Shown: piece after piece, positions 55,843 through 64,000 of the stretch
Numbering within the stretch: the stretch's first letter is position 1
How the letters are laid out: every line of letters starts with the position of its first letter
Assembly (NCBI GenBank): GCA_021799275.1
Contig: JAJZAT010000018.1
Location: 661 to 64,660 of the forward strand
DNA: 64,000 nucleotides
Origin: Bacillota bacterium
Lineage (GTDB): Bacteria > Bacillota > Sulfobacillia > JAJZYS01 > JAJYTV01
Direction: 5' to 3'
The notes under the pieces: model-generated
Seen by the model: the letters and a program-made list of their open reading frames with translations, nothing else
What the model was told of the DNA's origin: nothing
The model's database searches: none
Made by a program: the position numbers and the translations under genes

Positions 55843-57731
55843 GCCGCCAGAGCAGCCTGCTCGTCCTGCGCGGAGTCTGGCTCGGGCTGCTCGTCTGGCC
55901 CTACGCCGTCGCTAGCGGCATGCCGCGTCCCCTGCTCCTGGCCATGCTGCCCGCCGTTCTGGCGCTCCTGGCCGGGCCCGGCGTCCCGCGCTACCTGCTG
56001 CGCTGGGCGGCGTCGCTCCTGCTCGGCCTCGCCGCGGCGTTGCCCACCCTGCTGCCGTCGCAGATCCTGAAGGTGCTGCTTGCGGGTGGCCCGCACGTCA
56101 TCGCCGTCACCGTCACGGGGCTGCTGCTTTGGCTGACGTCCCTGCTCGGCTGGCAGGTGTTCGGCGAGGCGACCGCCAGGTCGCGTCTCGTCTGGCTCTG
56201 GCTGATGGGCACGCTCGTGCTGGCGCTCAACCGCCGCATCTGGGCCATCGGTGCGGACCTGCCGACGCTCCTTTTCCTCGGTCTCGGCGTGCTCCTGCTC
56301 GCGATCGGCGGCGATGAGGAGAGGGTGCCCTGGTCGGCCGTTCCCCTTGGGCTCATCCCGCTCGTCGGCCTTGTCCTGATCGCCTTTTGGCCGCAGTCGC
56401 CCACGCTGACCGTCCCAACACCCGGCAGCGTCGTCCGCGGCCTGGCGGGCCTGCGCATCGCCGTAAGCGGCGCGGCGCTGCCGCAAAAGGTCAACGTGAA
56501 CCAGCCGGTCGCGCTCTCCCCCGCCCCGCTCCTCGTCGTGCGCGGCGCGCCGCATCCCGCGTACTGGCAGGAAGCCACGTTCGACACGTTCAACGGCGTG
56601 GACTGGCTCGAGCCGCCGGGGCCTCGCGAGGCCCTCGCGGCGCACAGTCTGCCGTCTCCGCTCTGGACGCCCGAGACGACCAAGCTGCCCCTGAGCCTCT
56701 GGCACATCACGGTGCAGGAGGTTCTGCCGGGCAGCGTGACGCCGCTCGTCTATACCGGCACCCCCATCGGCCTGACCGTCGAGGCGACCGCGACGGGCGG
56801 CACGTTCCTGCCGGCCGCGCACGCCCTCCTGCTCCCCGGCACCACGAGCTACACGTGGCAGCTCTCCGTGCCGTCCGAGTCTTCGAGCCTTCTGCCGTCG
56901 GCCAGCTTCCTGCCCACCGGCGAGGCGCCGGCCCAGGACCTCGCGGTGCCGGAGGCGCTGCGCCGCGAGCTCCTGCCACTGGCGGAGCGGCTGAAGCGCG
57001 GCGGAGGCGGGCCGTGGGCGCTCGCGACGCGCATCAGGGAGTATCTCGACACGCACGAGGTGTACAACCCCGCGTTCGTGCCGAGCCGCCATGGCGATCC
57101 GATCGGGCGCTTCCTCCTGCGCAGCCACGAGGGCTACTGCGACCAGTTCTCCACCGCCTTCGTCATGCTGGCGAGACTCGACGGCCTGCCGGCACGCTGG
57201 GTGGTCGGCTTCGCGCCGGGCGTCTGGGACGCCACGGCGAAGACCGAGACGCTGAGGGCGGAAGACGCCCACTCCTGGGCGCAGATCGACGTGGCGCCCT
57301 ACGGCTGGATCCGGATCGACCCGACGCCGGCCGGTGGCATCCCGGCCACCCCGAAGCCGAGCACATCGCGGGGCGCCGCCGCGGCGCGGCAAAGCGGACC
57401 CTCCGCCTGGCTGGCCGTCCTTGGGCTGCTCTTGCTCCTGGTCGCCGCCTCGCTCTGGCGCCTCCTCAGCCGGCGCAGCGGGCAGGCCTGGCGCCTCGTG
57501 CGCATCGAGCGGCAGCTCGGCCGCTTGGCGCATGGCCGCTGCGAGGGGCGCCCCACCTGGCGCGAACAGGTGCTGTCGCTGCCACGGGCGGCGCAAGACG
57601 CCGCCTGGCCGGCACTCGAGGTGCTGGAAGCGGCGCACTATGGCAAGGTCCCGCCGGAGACCGCGCAGTTGCATGAAGCGGAGGAGGCCCTGCGCAAGGC
57701 GAAACGCGCCATGCGCGACATCGCCGGTTGA
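55839..57731 (+). CDS. Transglutaminase-like membrane protein (TgpA-like)
   Basis: GYCDQFS, HSWAQ, W..IDPTP triad; N-terminal TMs. Confidence 0.9.
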   Translation: MSRQSSLLVLRGVWLGLLVWPYAVASGMPRPLLLAMLPAVLALLAGPGVPRYLLRWAASLLLGLAAALPTLLPSQILKVLLAGGPHVIAVTVTGLLLWLTSLLGWQVFGEATARSRLVWLWLMGTLVLALNRRIWAIGADLPTLLFLGLGVLLLAIGGDEERVPWSAVPLGLIPLVGLVLIAFWPQSPTLTVPTPGSVVRGLAGLRIAVSGAALPQKVNVNQPVALSPAPLLVVRGAPHPAYWQEATFDTFNGVDWLEPPGPREALAAHSLPSPLWTPETTKLPLSLWHITVQEVLPGSVTPLVYTGTPIGLTVEATATGGTFLPAAHALLLPGTTSYTWQLSVPSESSSLLPSASFLPTGEAPAQDLAVPEALRRELLPLAERLKRGGGGPWALATRIREYLDTHEVYNPAFVPSRHGDPIGRFLLRSHEGYCDQFSTAFVMLARLDGLPARWVVGFAPGVWDATAKTETLRAEDAHSWAQIDVAPYGWIRIDPTPAGGIPATPKPSTSRGAAAARQSGPSAWLAVLGLLLLLVAASLWRLLSRRSGQAWRLVRIERQLGRLAHGRCEGRPTWREQVLSLPRAAQDAAWPALEVLEAAHYGKVPPETAQLHEAEEALRKAKRAMRDIAG

Positions 57732-58637
57732 TCAGACCAGAAGATCGCCCAGGTGGAGCGTCGCGCGCAGGGCTTCGAGGAACGCCCTGGCCGGCTCCAT
57801 GAGCGGGTCTTGTGAAAGGATCAGGAAGATCGGGGCGGTGGGCAACGCGAGGCCCGGCGCCGGCACCTCCATCAGGCGCCCCTCGAGCAGTTCCCGCCGC
57901 ACGGAACGTTCCGGCAGGAACGAGACGCCGATGCCTTCCTCGACGAGGCGCTTGGTGAGCTCGACCTGCGTCACGCGCATCATGCGCGGGTGGATGCCCG
58001 TATGTTCGAGCGACTGCAAAAGGTCTGGCCAGTAGGCCGGGTGGCCGTGGCTCAGCAGGCGCTGCTCCTGCAGCAGGTGGCGCCAGTAGGCAGGGGCCTG
58101 GTCGTGGTCCAGTCCGTCGTGGCGCGCCACCAGCACCACGCGGTCGTGCAGCAGTTCGCGGCAGCGGACGGCGTAGCGGTCCGGATCCGCAGCGATCTGC
58201 CCGATGCCGATGTCGGCCGCGCCACTGTCAAGGAGCGCCGCGATCTGCACGGACGGCAGCACCTCCACGGACACGCGCGCATCGGGGTAGAGGTCCGAGT
58301 AGCGGTGCAGAGCGCGCGGCAAAAGCGTGCGGGCTGGCTCCGGCGAGATCGCGATGGTGAGGTGGTCGGTGGCGAGCTTCTGGTGCTCGCGGACCGCCTG
58401 GCGGCCCAGGTCGTAGGCCCTCAGGGCCTCCTCGGCCTGCGGCAGGAAGACCTGACCCGCCTGGTTCAGGCGGACCCGACGGCCGGTGCGGTCGAAGAGC
58501 GGCTCGCCGAGTTCGAGCTCGAGCTCGCGGATCTGCGCCGACACGGTCGGCTGGCTGAGGCCAAGCCGCTCGGCCGTCTCGCGGAAGTTCTCGAGCCGCG
58601 CCGCGGCCTGGAACGTCCGCAGCACGCGCAGGTCCAT
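57732..58637 (-). CDS. LysR family regulator (CitR-like)
   Basis: ENFRETAERLGLSQPTVSAQI; HPAYW..L. Confidence 0.88.
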   Translation of the reverse strand: MDLRVLRTFQAAARLENFRETAERLGLSQPTVSAQIRELELELGEPLFDRTGRRVRLNQAGQVFLPQAEEALRAYDLGRQAVREHQKLATDHLTIAISPEPARTLLPRALHRYSDLYPDARVSVEVLPSVQIAALLDSGAADIGIGQIAADPDRYAVRCRELLHDRVVLVARHDGLDHDQAPAYWRHLLQEQRLLSHGHPAYWPDLLQSLEHTGIHPRMMRVTQVELTKRLVEEGIGVSFLPERSVRRELLEGRLMEVPAPGLALPTAPIFLILSQDPLMEPARAFLEALRATLHLGDLLV

Positions 58638-58798
58638 CCTCGTCGCCTCCTGGTCTGACTGATCGGGAAAACCGATAAGCTTGCAGCTCCATCTTATCAC
58701 GCCGGCTCAGCCCGCGCCGCCGGGGGTGCCGTCGACCGGGCGGCAAAAATCGAGGGCCGCCCAACCGGACGGCCCTCGAGCATCTTGCGGATCTGGCC

Positions 58799-59821
58799 TC
58801 AGGGCGCGTGCGCAGCCTCCACCGCCATCCTGGCACCGCCCATGCCCAAGGGAAGCACCCGGTAACCGAGGTACGGCCCGATGCGCAGCGGCACCTCCAG
58901 CAGGGCATATCGCCGCTCGACCCCGCCCCAGCGGCGGGCCAGATCGTGCAGCGACACGTCCTCGGGCGCGCGGAATCCGGTGATGTCGCAGCGCTCGGCG
59001 CCTTGCGTCTCGGCCCAGGCGATGGCCGCCCACTGCGCGGCGTAGGCCGCCTGTCGATATCGACCCGAAGCATCCTGGCCGAGATGCTGGCAGAGCGCAT
59101 GCCTGCCGAGGCGCAGCGCGACCGCACCGGCCCGGACCTCTCCCCGCGCCTCCGCAAGGAAGACCTGCGCCTGTCCGCGGGTCTGGAACGCCTTGACGAC
59201 GTGGGCGAAGTCGCTCGGGGTCGCGGCGATGCCCGGCGCCTCCCACGTGCTTCGGTTCCAGAGAGCGAGCAGGGCCCCGAGTTCGTCCTCGCCGGCCTGG
59301 CGCACCAGCACGCCGTGCGCGGTCGCGCGGCGGACCCGAACGCGGCAGCGCCGCTGCACGCGCGTAAAGTCGCTCTCGGGATCGCCGCTCAGGGGAATCT
59401 CCACCGTCGACCGCGGCATCCGCGGCGGCACCGGCTGCGATGCCCGCTGCAGGTACCCCGGCGGCCGCGGCAGACGATCGTCGAGGCGCGGCGCGCAGAA
59501 GAAGGCGAACGCCTGGGGGAACCTTTCGCGCAGTTCCTGTGCCAGACGTCGCCAGACCACGCGCTGGCCCGGGTCCAGCACCGGTCCCCTGGGGGCGTAG
59601 AGAAGCAGGCCCAGCCGTCCCAGGTCGACGGCGATCAGGCTCAGGCTGCCGATCGGCCTGCCCTGCTCCATGAGATAGAAGCGATGGGGCGCCCGGCCCC
59701 TGCCCGCCTGCAGGTCGGCGAACCCCCAGCCCTGCAGCGGGTCGCCGTGCACATGCCTGCCGACGAAGCCGTCGAAGTCGTCGCTTTCCTCGGATCGCAC
59801 CGGTCTCAGCAGCAACGGCAT
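58799..59821 (-). CDS. FemABX-like peptidoglycan bridge aminoacyltransferase family protein
   Basis: PLQGWG, YAPRGPVLD, R.RVRRA..HGV, QW.AI.WA. Confidence 0.75.
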   Translation of the reverse strand: MPLLLRPVRSEESDDFDGFVGRHVHGDPLQGWGFADLQAGRGRAPHRFYLMEQGRPIGSLSLIAVDLGRLGLLLYAPRGPVLDPGQRVVWRRLAQELRERFPQAFAFFCAPRLDDRLPRPPGYLQRASQPVPPRMPRSTVEIPLSGDPESDFTRVQRRCRVRVRRATAHGVLVRQAGEDELGALLALWNRSTWEAPGIAATPSDFAHVVKAFQTRGQAQVFLAEARGEVRAGAVALRLGRHALCQHLGQDASGRYRQAAYAAQWAAIAWAETQGAERCDITGFRAPEDVSLHDLARRWGGVERRYALLEVPLRIGPYLGYRVLPLGMGGARMAVEAAHAP

Positions 59822-59945
59822 GGCCCCCCCAGTCAGGCACAGTCTGGCCGAAGCCCGAGGCGGCGATGCGGAAACCTGGCTGTTCACCGTTAGATTGCAT
59901 AGCGATATATTTGAGCTGGCATGCAAGGCAAAGGGGTGTGGCCCT

Positions 59946-60386
59946 GTGGCCAACGAACCGCTGGTCGAGGAACTCATCGCCGTGCTACGCGCGCTGCGCC
60001 AGATCACGAACCCCGTCCGGCGCGGCGAGATCACGGCCCAGCAGTATTGGCTGCTGCGCCTCCTGCACAGCGACGGACCGCTCAGGGTCTCCCAACTCGC
60101 GGCTCAGCTCGGCATCGGCCAGAGCGCTGCGACCACCGCCTGTCAGAGGCTGGCGAGGCAGGGCCTCGTCACGCGCACCAGGCTGCCAGCGGATGAGCGG
60201 GTCGTCCTGGTGACCCTGACGGATGCCGGTCGTCGGCGTGTGGAGGCGTGGCTCGAAACGCGGCGGGCCGTCCTCGCGGACGTCGTCGGGCCGCTGACGC
60301 CCGCCGAACGTCAGGACCTTGCGGCACTGCTCGCGAAGGTCAGGCAGTCGGCCGAGGGCGTCCGCCGCCGGCCCAACCAGCCCTGA
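59946..60386 (+). CDS. MarR family regulator
   Basis: RL..QGLVTR....DERVV.V.LT..G. Confidence 0.9.
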   Translation: MANEPLVEELIAVLRALRQITNPVRRGEITAQQYWLLRLLHSDGPLRVSQLAAQLGIGQSAATTACQRLARQGLVTRTRLPADERVVLVTLTDAGRRRVEAWLETRRAVLADVVGPLTPAERQDLAALLAKVRQSAEGVRRRPNQP

Positions 60387-60429
60387 AGCGCAGCCCCGTA
60401 CGATCTCTCGCCCATGGGGGGATTCCTGC

Positions 60430-62136
60430 ATGCAGAGGCCGGCCGCGGCCCCTCCCGGGCCGCACTACAAATGGATAGCCCTTTCGAACACCACCCTCGG
60501 CATCTTCATGTCCCTGCTCAATGCCTCGAGCCTGATCATCGCGCTGCCGGCGGTGTTTCGCGCCATCCACCTCAACCCGCTCGACGCCGCGAACTTCGAC
60601 TATCTGCTCTGGATCCTGATGGGCTACATGCTCGTGACGGCGGTGTTCGTCGTGAGCTTCGGGCGCATCGGCGACATGTTCGGGCGCGTGCGCATGTACA
60701 ACCTGGGCTTCGCCATCTTCACCGCGGCCTCGATCCTGCTCTCGATCACCTGGAGCCAGGGCACCCAAGGGGCCATGGAACTCATCATCTTCCGCATGCT
60801 GCAGGCGATGGGCGGCGCGCTGCTCATGGCCAACTCGGCCGCCATCCTCACCGACGCCTTCCCGGCCGACCAGCGCGGCATGGCGATGGGCATCAACCAG
60901 ATGGCCGGTCTCGCGGGCCAGTTCGTCGGCCTCATCCTGGGCGGCGTGCTGGTGACGATCGACTGGCGCTGGGTCTTCCTGATCAACGTCCCGATCGGAC
61001 TCTTCGGCACCATCTGGGCGTATGTGCAGCTTCGGGAGACGGGCGAGCGGCACCCTGCCCGCATCGACTGGTGGGGCAACCTGCTCTTCGCCGCCGGGCT
61101 CACCTTGCTGCTCGTCGGCGTCACCTACGGCATTCGCCCGTACGGCAGCTCGAACATGGCCTGGCTGAGTCCCTTCGTCATGACGACCATCGCCGCGGGG
61201 CTCGTCCTGCTCGGCGTGTTCGTCCTGGTTGAGTATCGCGTGCCCCAGCCGATGTTCGAGATGCATCTCTTCAGCATCCGGGCGTTCTCCGCGGGCAACA
61301 TCGCCGGCCTCACGTCGTCGATCGGCCGTGGCGGGCTGCAGTTCCTGCTGATCATCTGGCTGCAAGGCATCTGGTTACCCATCCATGGCTACGACTTCGC
61401 CGAGACGCCACTCTGGGCGGGCATCTACATGTTGCCGCTGACCCTCGGTTTCCTCCTGGCGGGACCGCTCTCCGGCTATCTCTCGGACCGCTACGGCGCA
61501 CGCCCCTTCGCCACCGGCGGCATGGTGCTCGCCGCCGCATCCTTCCTGCTGCTCATGGCCCTGCCCGCCGACTTCGCCTATCCGCTCTTCGCCGTCATCC
61601 TGTTCGTGAACGGCATCAGCTTCGGTCTCTTCGGCGCGCCGAACACGACGGGCATCATGAACAGCGTGCCCGCCCGCTACCGCGGTGCCGCGTCCGGCAT
61701 GCGGGCGACGTTCCAGAACACGGGCATGCCGCTTTCGATCGGCGTCTTCTTTTCGTTCATGATTCTCGGACTCAGCGCCCACGTGCCTTCCGTCATGCTG
61801 CGCGGCCTGACGGCGGAGGGCGTGCCCGCCGCCCTCGCGGCGCGCCTCTCGCACCTTCCGCCCGTCAGTTACCTATTCGCAGCATTCCTGGGCGAGAATC
61901 CGCTCGCGACGCTGCTTGGACCGAAGATCCTGCACGCCCTGCCGCACGCTTCCGCGGCGCGTCTCGTCGGCCGCTCGTTCTTCCCCTCGCTGATCGCGGG
62001 TCCGTTCCACAGCGGCCTTGTGGTGACGCTCACGTTCGCGATCGTGATGTGTCTCATCGCGGCCGGCGCATCGTGGCTGCGCGGCGGACGTTTCGTCTAC
62101 GAAGAGCAGGCCAGCGAGGGCCATCACCGCGCCTGA
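60430..62136 (+). CDS. MFS transporter (DHA2-like, 14 TM)
   Basis: GRIGDMFGR, FRMLQAMGG, ID.WG, SDRYGAR. Confidence 0.92.
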   Translation: MQRPAAAPPGPHYKWIALSNTTLGIFMSLLNASSLIIALPAVFRAIHLNPLDAANFDYLLWILMGYMLVTAVFVVSFGRIGDMFGRVRMYNLGFAIFTAASILLSITWSQGTQGAMELIIFRMLQAMGGALLMANSAAILTDAFPADQRGMAMGINQMAGLAGQFVGLILGGVLVTIDWRWVFLINVPIGLFGTIWAYVQLRETGERHPARIDWWGNLLFAAGLTLLLVGVTYGIRPYGSSNMAWLSPFVMTTIAAGLVLLGVFVLVEYRVPQPMFEMHLFSIRAFSAGNIAGLTSSIGRGGLQFLLIIWLQGIWLPIHGYDFAETPLWAGIYMLPLTLGFLLAGPLSGYLSDRYGARPFATGGMVLAAASFLLLMALPADFAYPLFAVILFVNGISFGLFGAPNTTGIMNSVPARYRGAASGMRATFQNTGMPLSIGVFFSFMILGLSAHVPSVMLRGLTAEGVPAALAARLSHLPPVSYLFAAFLGENPLATLLGPKILHALPHASAARLVGRSFFPSLIAGPFHSGLVVTLTFAIVMCLIAAGASWLRGGRFVYEEQASEGHHRA

Positions 62137-62239
62137 AGCCGACTTGCCGCATCGCGCCTTTGATGCCAGCAATCCCTTGTCTAGCGCGCCATGCCTCGGC
62201 AGACCGTAACTTCGACCGCAACTAGGGAGGAGTGACGGC

Positions 62240-63931
62240 ATGTCAGGGCGATGGACGAAGGCGGCAGCCCTGGGGCTGCTCGTGGTCACGCTGGCCGGAT
62301 GCTCGACGACGGCCGCGCCGAAGAAGAAGGGGACCGCCGCGGAGCCGGTGCGCAACGCGACGGCGCACGTCACGCGCGGCACGGACCGCATGATCCGCGG
62401 CGCGACGGGACGGGGCTCAGGCAGCATGGGCACCTGGTTCAGCGGCCTTTGGGGAGGATCGAACCGGGGTACCGCGTACGGTACCGGATCCACCAGCACC
62501 CGGATGGGCGCAGGCATGACACGCGGCACCTACCCGACGCCGGTGACGGGGACGGGTGGCGCCAGGACCGGCGGCACCGGCGCCAGCTTCGGCGCTTCTA
62601 GCACCAGGAGGGGCCCCGGCGGCACAGGGCTGCTCGGCGGCACGGGCAACACGGGACTCACCGGCGCGGCCGGCACCCGCAGGGGCACGAGCGGCGCAAG
62701 CATGGGCGGCATGGGCGGTTACGGCATGGGCGGTACGGGCACCGTTCGCGGCATGACCGGAGCCAGCAGCACGCGAACGGGCAGCAAGGGAACCACGAGC
62801 GCAGCCGGCACAATCGGAAAGCCGCTCCGCGTGGTCGGCTTCTTCACCGAGGACGCCTCGAAGAAGGGACTCGTCGCGATCGGCCGCGACCCCAAGGCCC
62901 TGTCGGACCTCTCGCCGTGGTGGTACACCGTGCAATCGGACGGCAGCATCAAGGACACCTCGACGCCCGCCACGCGGGCCTGGGCGGCCAACCACAAGAT
63001 GCCGCTCATCCCGCTGGTCACAAACGGTGGCGAGTACAAGGTGCTCACAGACGACACCGCGATGCGCACGGCGGTCGAGAACCTGACGCAGATTGCCCAC
63101 AAGAACAACTACGCCGGACTCAACGTTGACTTCCAGGGACTTCCGTCTTCGGCCCGCAACGGACTCAACGCGTTCGTCGACGACCTCGCCCACAACCTGC
63201 ACGCGATGAACAAGACCATCTCGGTGGACATCATCCCGACCCAGGCCCAGACGGGCAGCGGCGGAGCCTACGACGAGGTGACCCTGAGCCACTACGCCGA
63301 CTACCTCGTCCTCATGACCTACGACCGCCACGACAACACGAGCCCGCCTGGACCCGTATCGCCCCACAACTGGGTGGTGAGCGCCGTGAAGCACGCGCTC
63401 CAGTCCGGTGTGCCGGCGAACAAGATCCTGCTCGGCGTCAACAGCTACGGCTACAACTGGAACCTCTCCACCGGCAAGGGCACGACGGTTGGGCAGGCGC
63501 AGGCGACGAGCACGAGCGGCACCAAGACCTACAGCTCCACCACCAAGGAGAACAGGGTCACCTACACCAGGAACGGCGTGAAGCACGTCATCTACTACGG
63601 CGGCCGCAAGTCCCTCGCCGACAAGCTCGCCATCGCCCGGCAGTACAAGCTCGCGGGCATCGCGATCTGGAAGGTGGGCTACGAAGACCAGGCCTACTGG
63701 CAGGAGCTCCTGACCAAGAACGGCGACGCGTCCAGCACGACCACCAACGCCACCTCGGGCACCACCGGCAGTGCGGCGGGCGGCTCCGCCGCCAGCGGCA
63801 AGCGCACCGGCCACGCCAAGCCGATGACGCACAGGCCGATCGGCACCCGCACGGGCGGCGCCAAGCACGGCACGAAGACGCACGGCGGCACGGCCCGCAG
63901 CCAGTCCGGCAAGGCTCGCGGCACAAAGTAG
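62240..63931 (+). CDS. Lipoprotein with Gly/Thr-rich region and GH18-fold domain
   Basis: LAGC lipobox; GLNVDFQ, LMTYD, YGYNW, GIAIW. Confidence 0.85.
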   Translation: MSGRWTKAAALGLLVVTLAGCSTTAAPKKKGTAAEPVRNATAHVTRGTDRMIRGATGRGSGSMGTWFSGLWGGSNRGTAYGTGSTSTRMGAGMTRGTYPTPVTGTGGARTGGTGASFGASSTRRGPGGTGLLGGTGNTGLTGAAGTRRGTSGASMGGMGGYGMGGTGTVRGMTGASSTRTGSKGTTSAAGTIGKPLRVVGFFTEDASKKGLVAIGRDPKALSDLSPWWYTVQSDGSIKDTSTPATRAWAANHKMPLIPLVTNGGEYKVLTDDTAMRTAVENLTQIAHKNNYAGLNVDFQGLPSSARNGLNAFVDDLAHNLHAMNKTISVDIIPTQAQTGSGGAYDEVTLSHYADYLVLMTYDRHDNTSPPGPVSPHNWVVSAVKHALQSGVPANKILLGVNSYGYNWNLSTGKGTTVGQAQATSTSGTKTYSSTTKENRVTYTRNGVKHVIYYGGRKSLADKLAIARQYKLAGIAIWKVGYEDQAYWQELLTKNGDASSTTTNATSGTTGSAAGGSAASGKRTGHAKPMTHRPIGTRTGGAKHGTKTHGGTARSQSGKARGTK

Positions 63932-63946
63932 AGGCAGACGACATGT

Positions 63947-63985
63947 GCATCGGGCCCGTCCGCAAGGTCGGGCCCGATGCTTTTC
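63947..63985 (+). terminator. Intrinsic terminator
   Basis: gcatcgggccc...gggcccgatgc tttt. Confidence 0.8.
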
Positions 63986-64000
63986 TGCTTTGCGTCGGAC

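Noticed and set aside
62380-62810. Low-complexity ggc/acc repeats
   Set aside because: Explained by Gly/Thr-rich coding sequence

Overview
High-GC DNA from what looks like an endospore-forming Bacillota genome (yabM-yabN-HU-yabO-yabP-yabQ-divIC-yabR synteny). It has two parts. (1) Positions 1-18035 are a partly decayed integrative conjugative element (ICE) abutting the 3' end of tRNA-Leu(UAA) and running off the left edge. It carries VirB2/VirB6/VirB3/VirB4-like genes, a lytic transglycosylase, a prepilin peptidase, an AbiEii-type toxin-antitoxin pair and its own promoter/non-canonical tRNA-Trp/terminator cassette. Nested inside it is a ~6.77 kb transposon with two tyrosine recombinases (Tn554/RIT-like) and 16-bp terminal inverted repeats. 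This transposon has inserted into the catalytic YARVS motif of a serine recombinase gene. Its cargo is an HTH-TPR regulator, a divergent small secreted peptide, a secreted protein and a lipoprotein. Two internal segments appear inverted at AT dinucleotides. (2) Positions 18036-64000 are core chromosome: peptidase, hom, sporulation/division genes, a nuo operon lacking nuoI, LysR regulators, ferredoxin, an ECF sigma pair, MoxR/DUF58/transglutaminase, MarR/MFS and GH18 genes. All family calls come from motif recognition by eye; no database searches were run.
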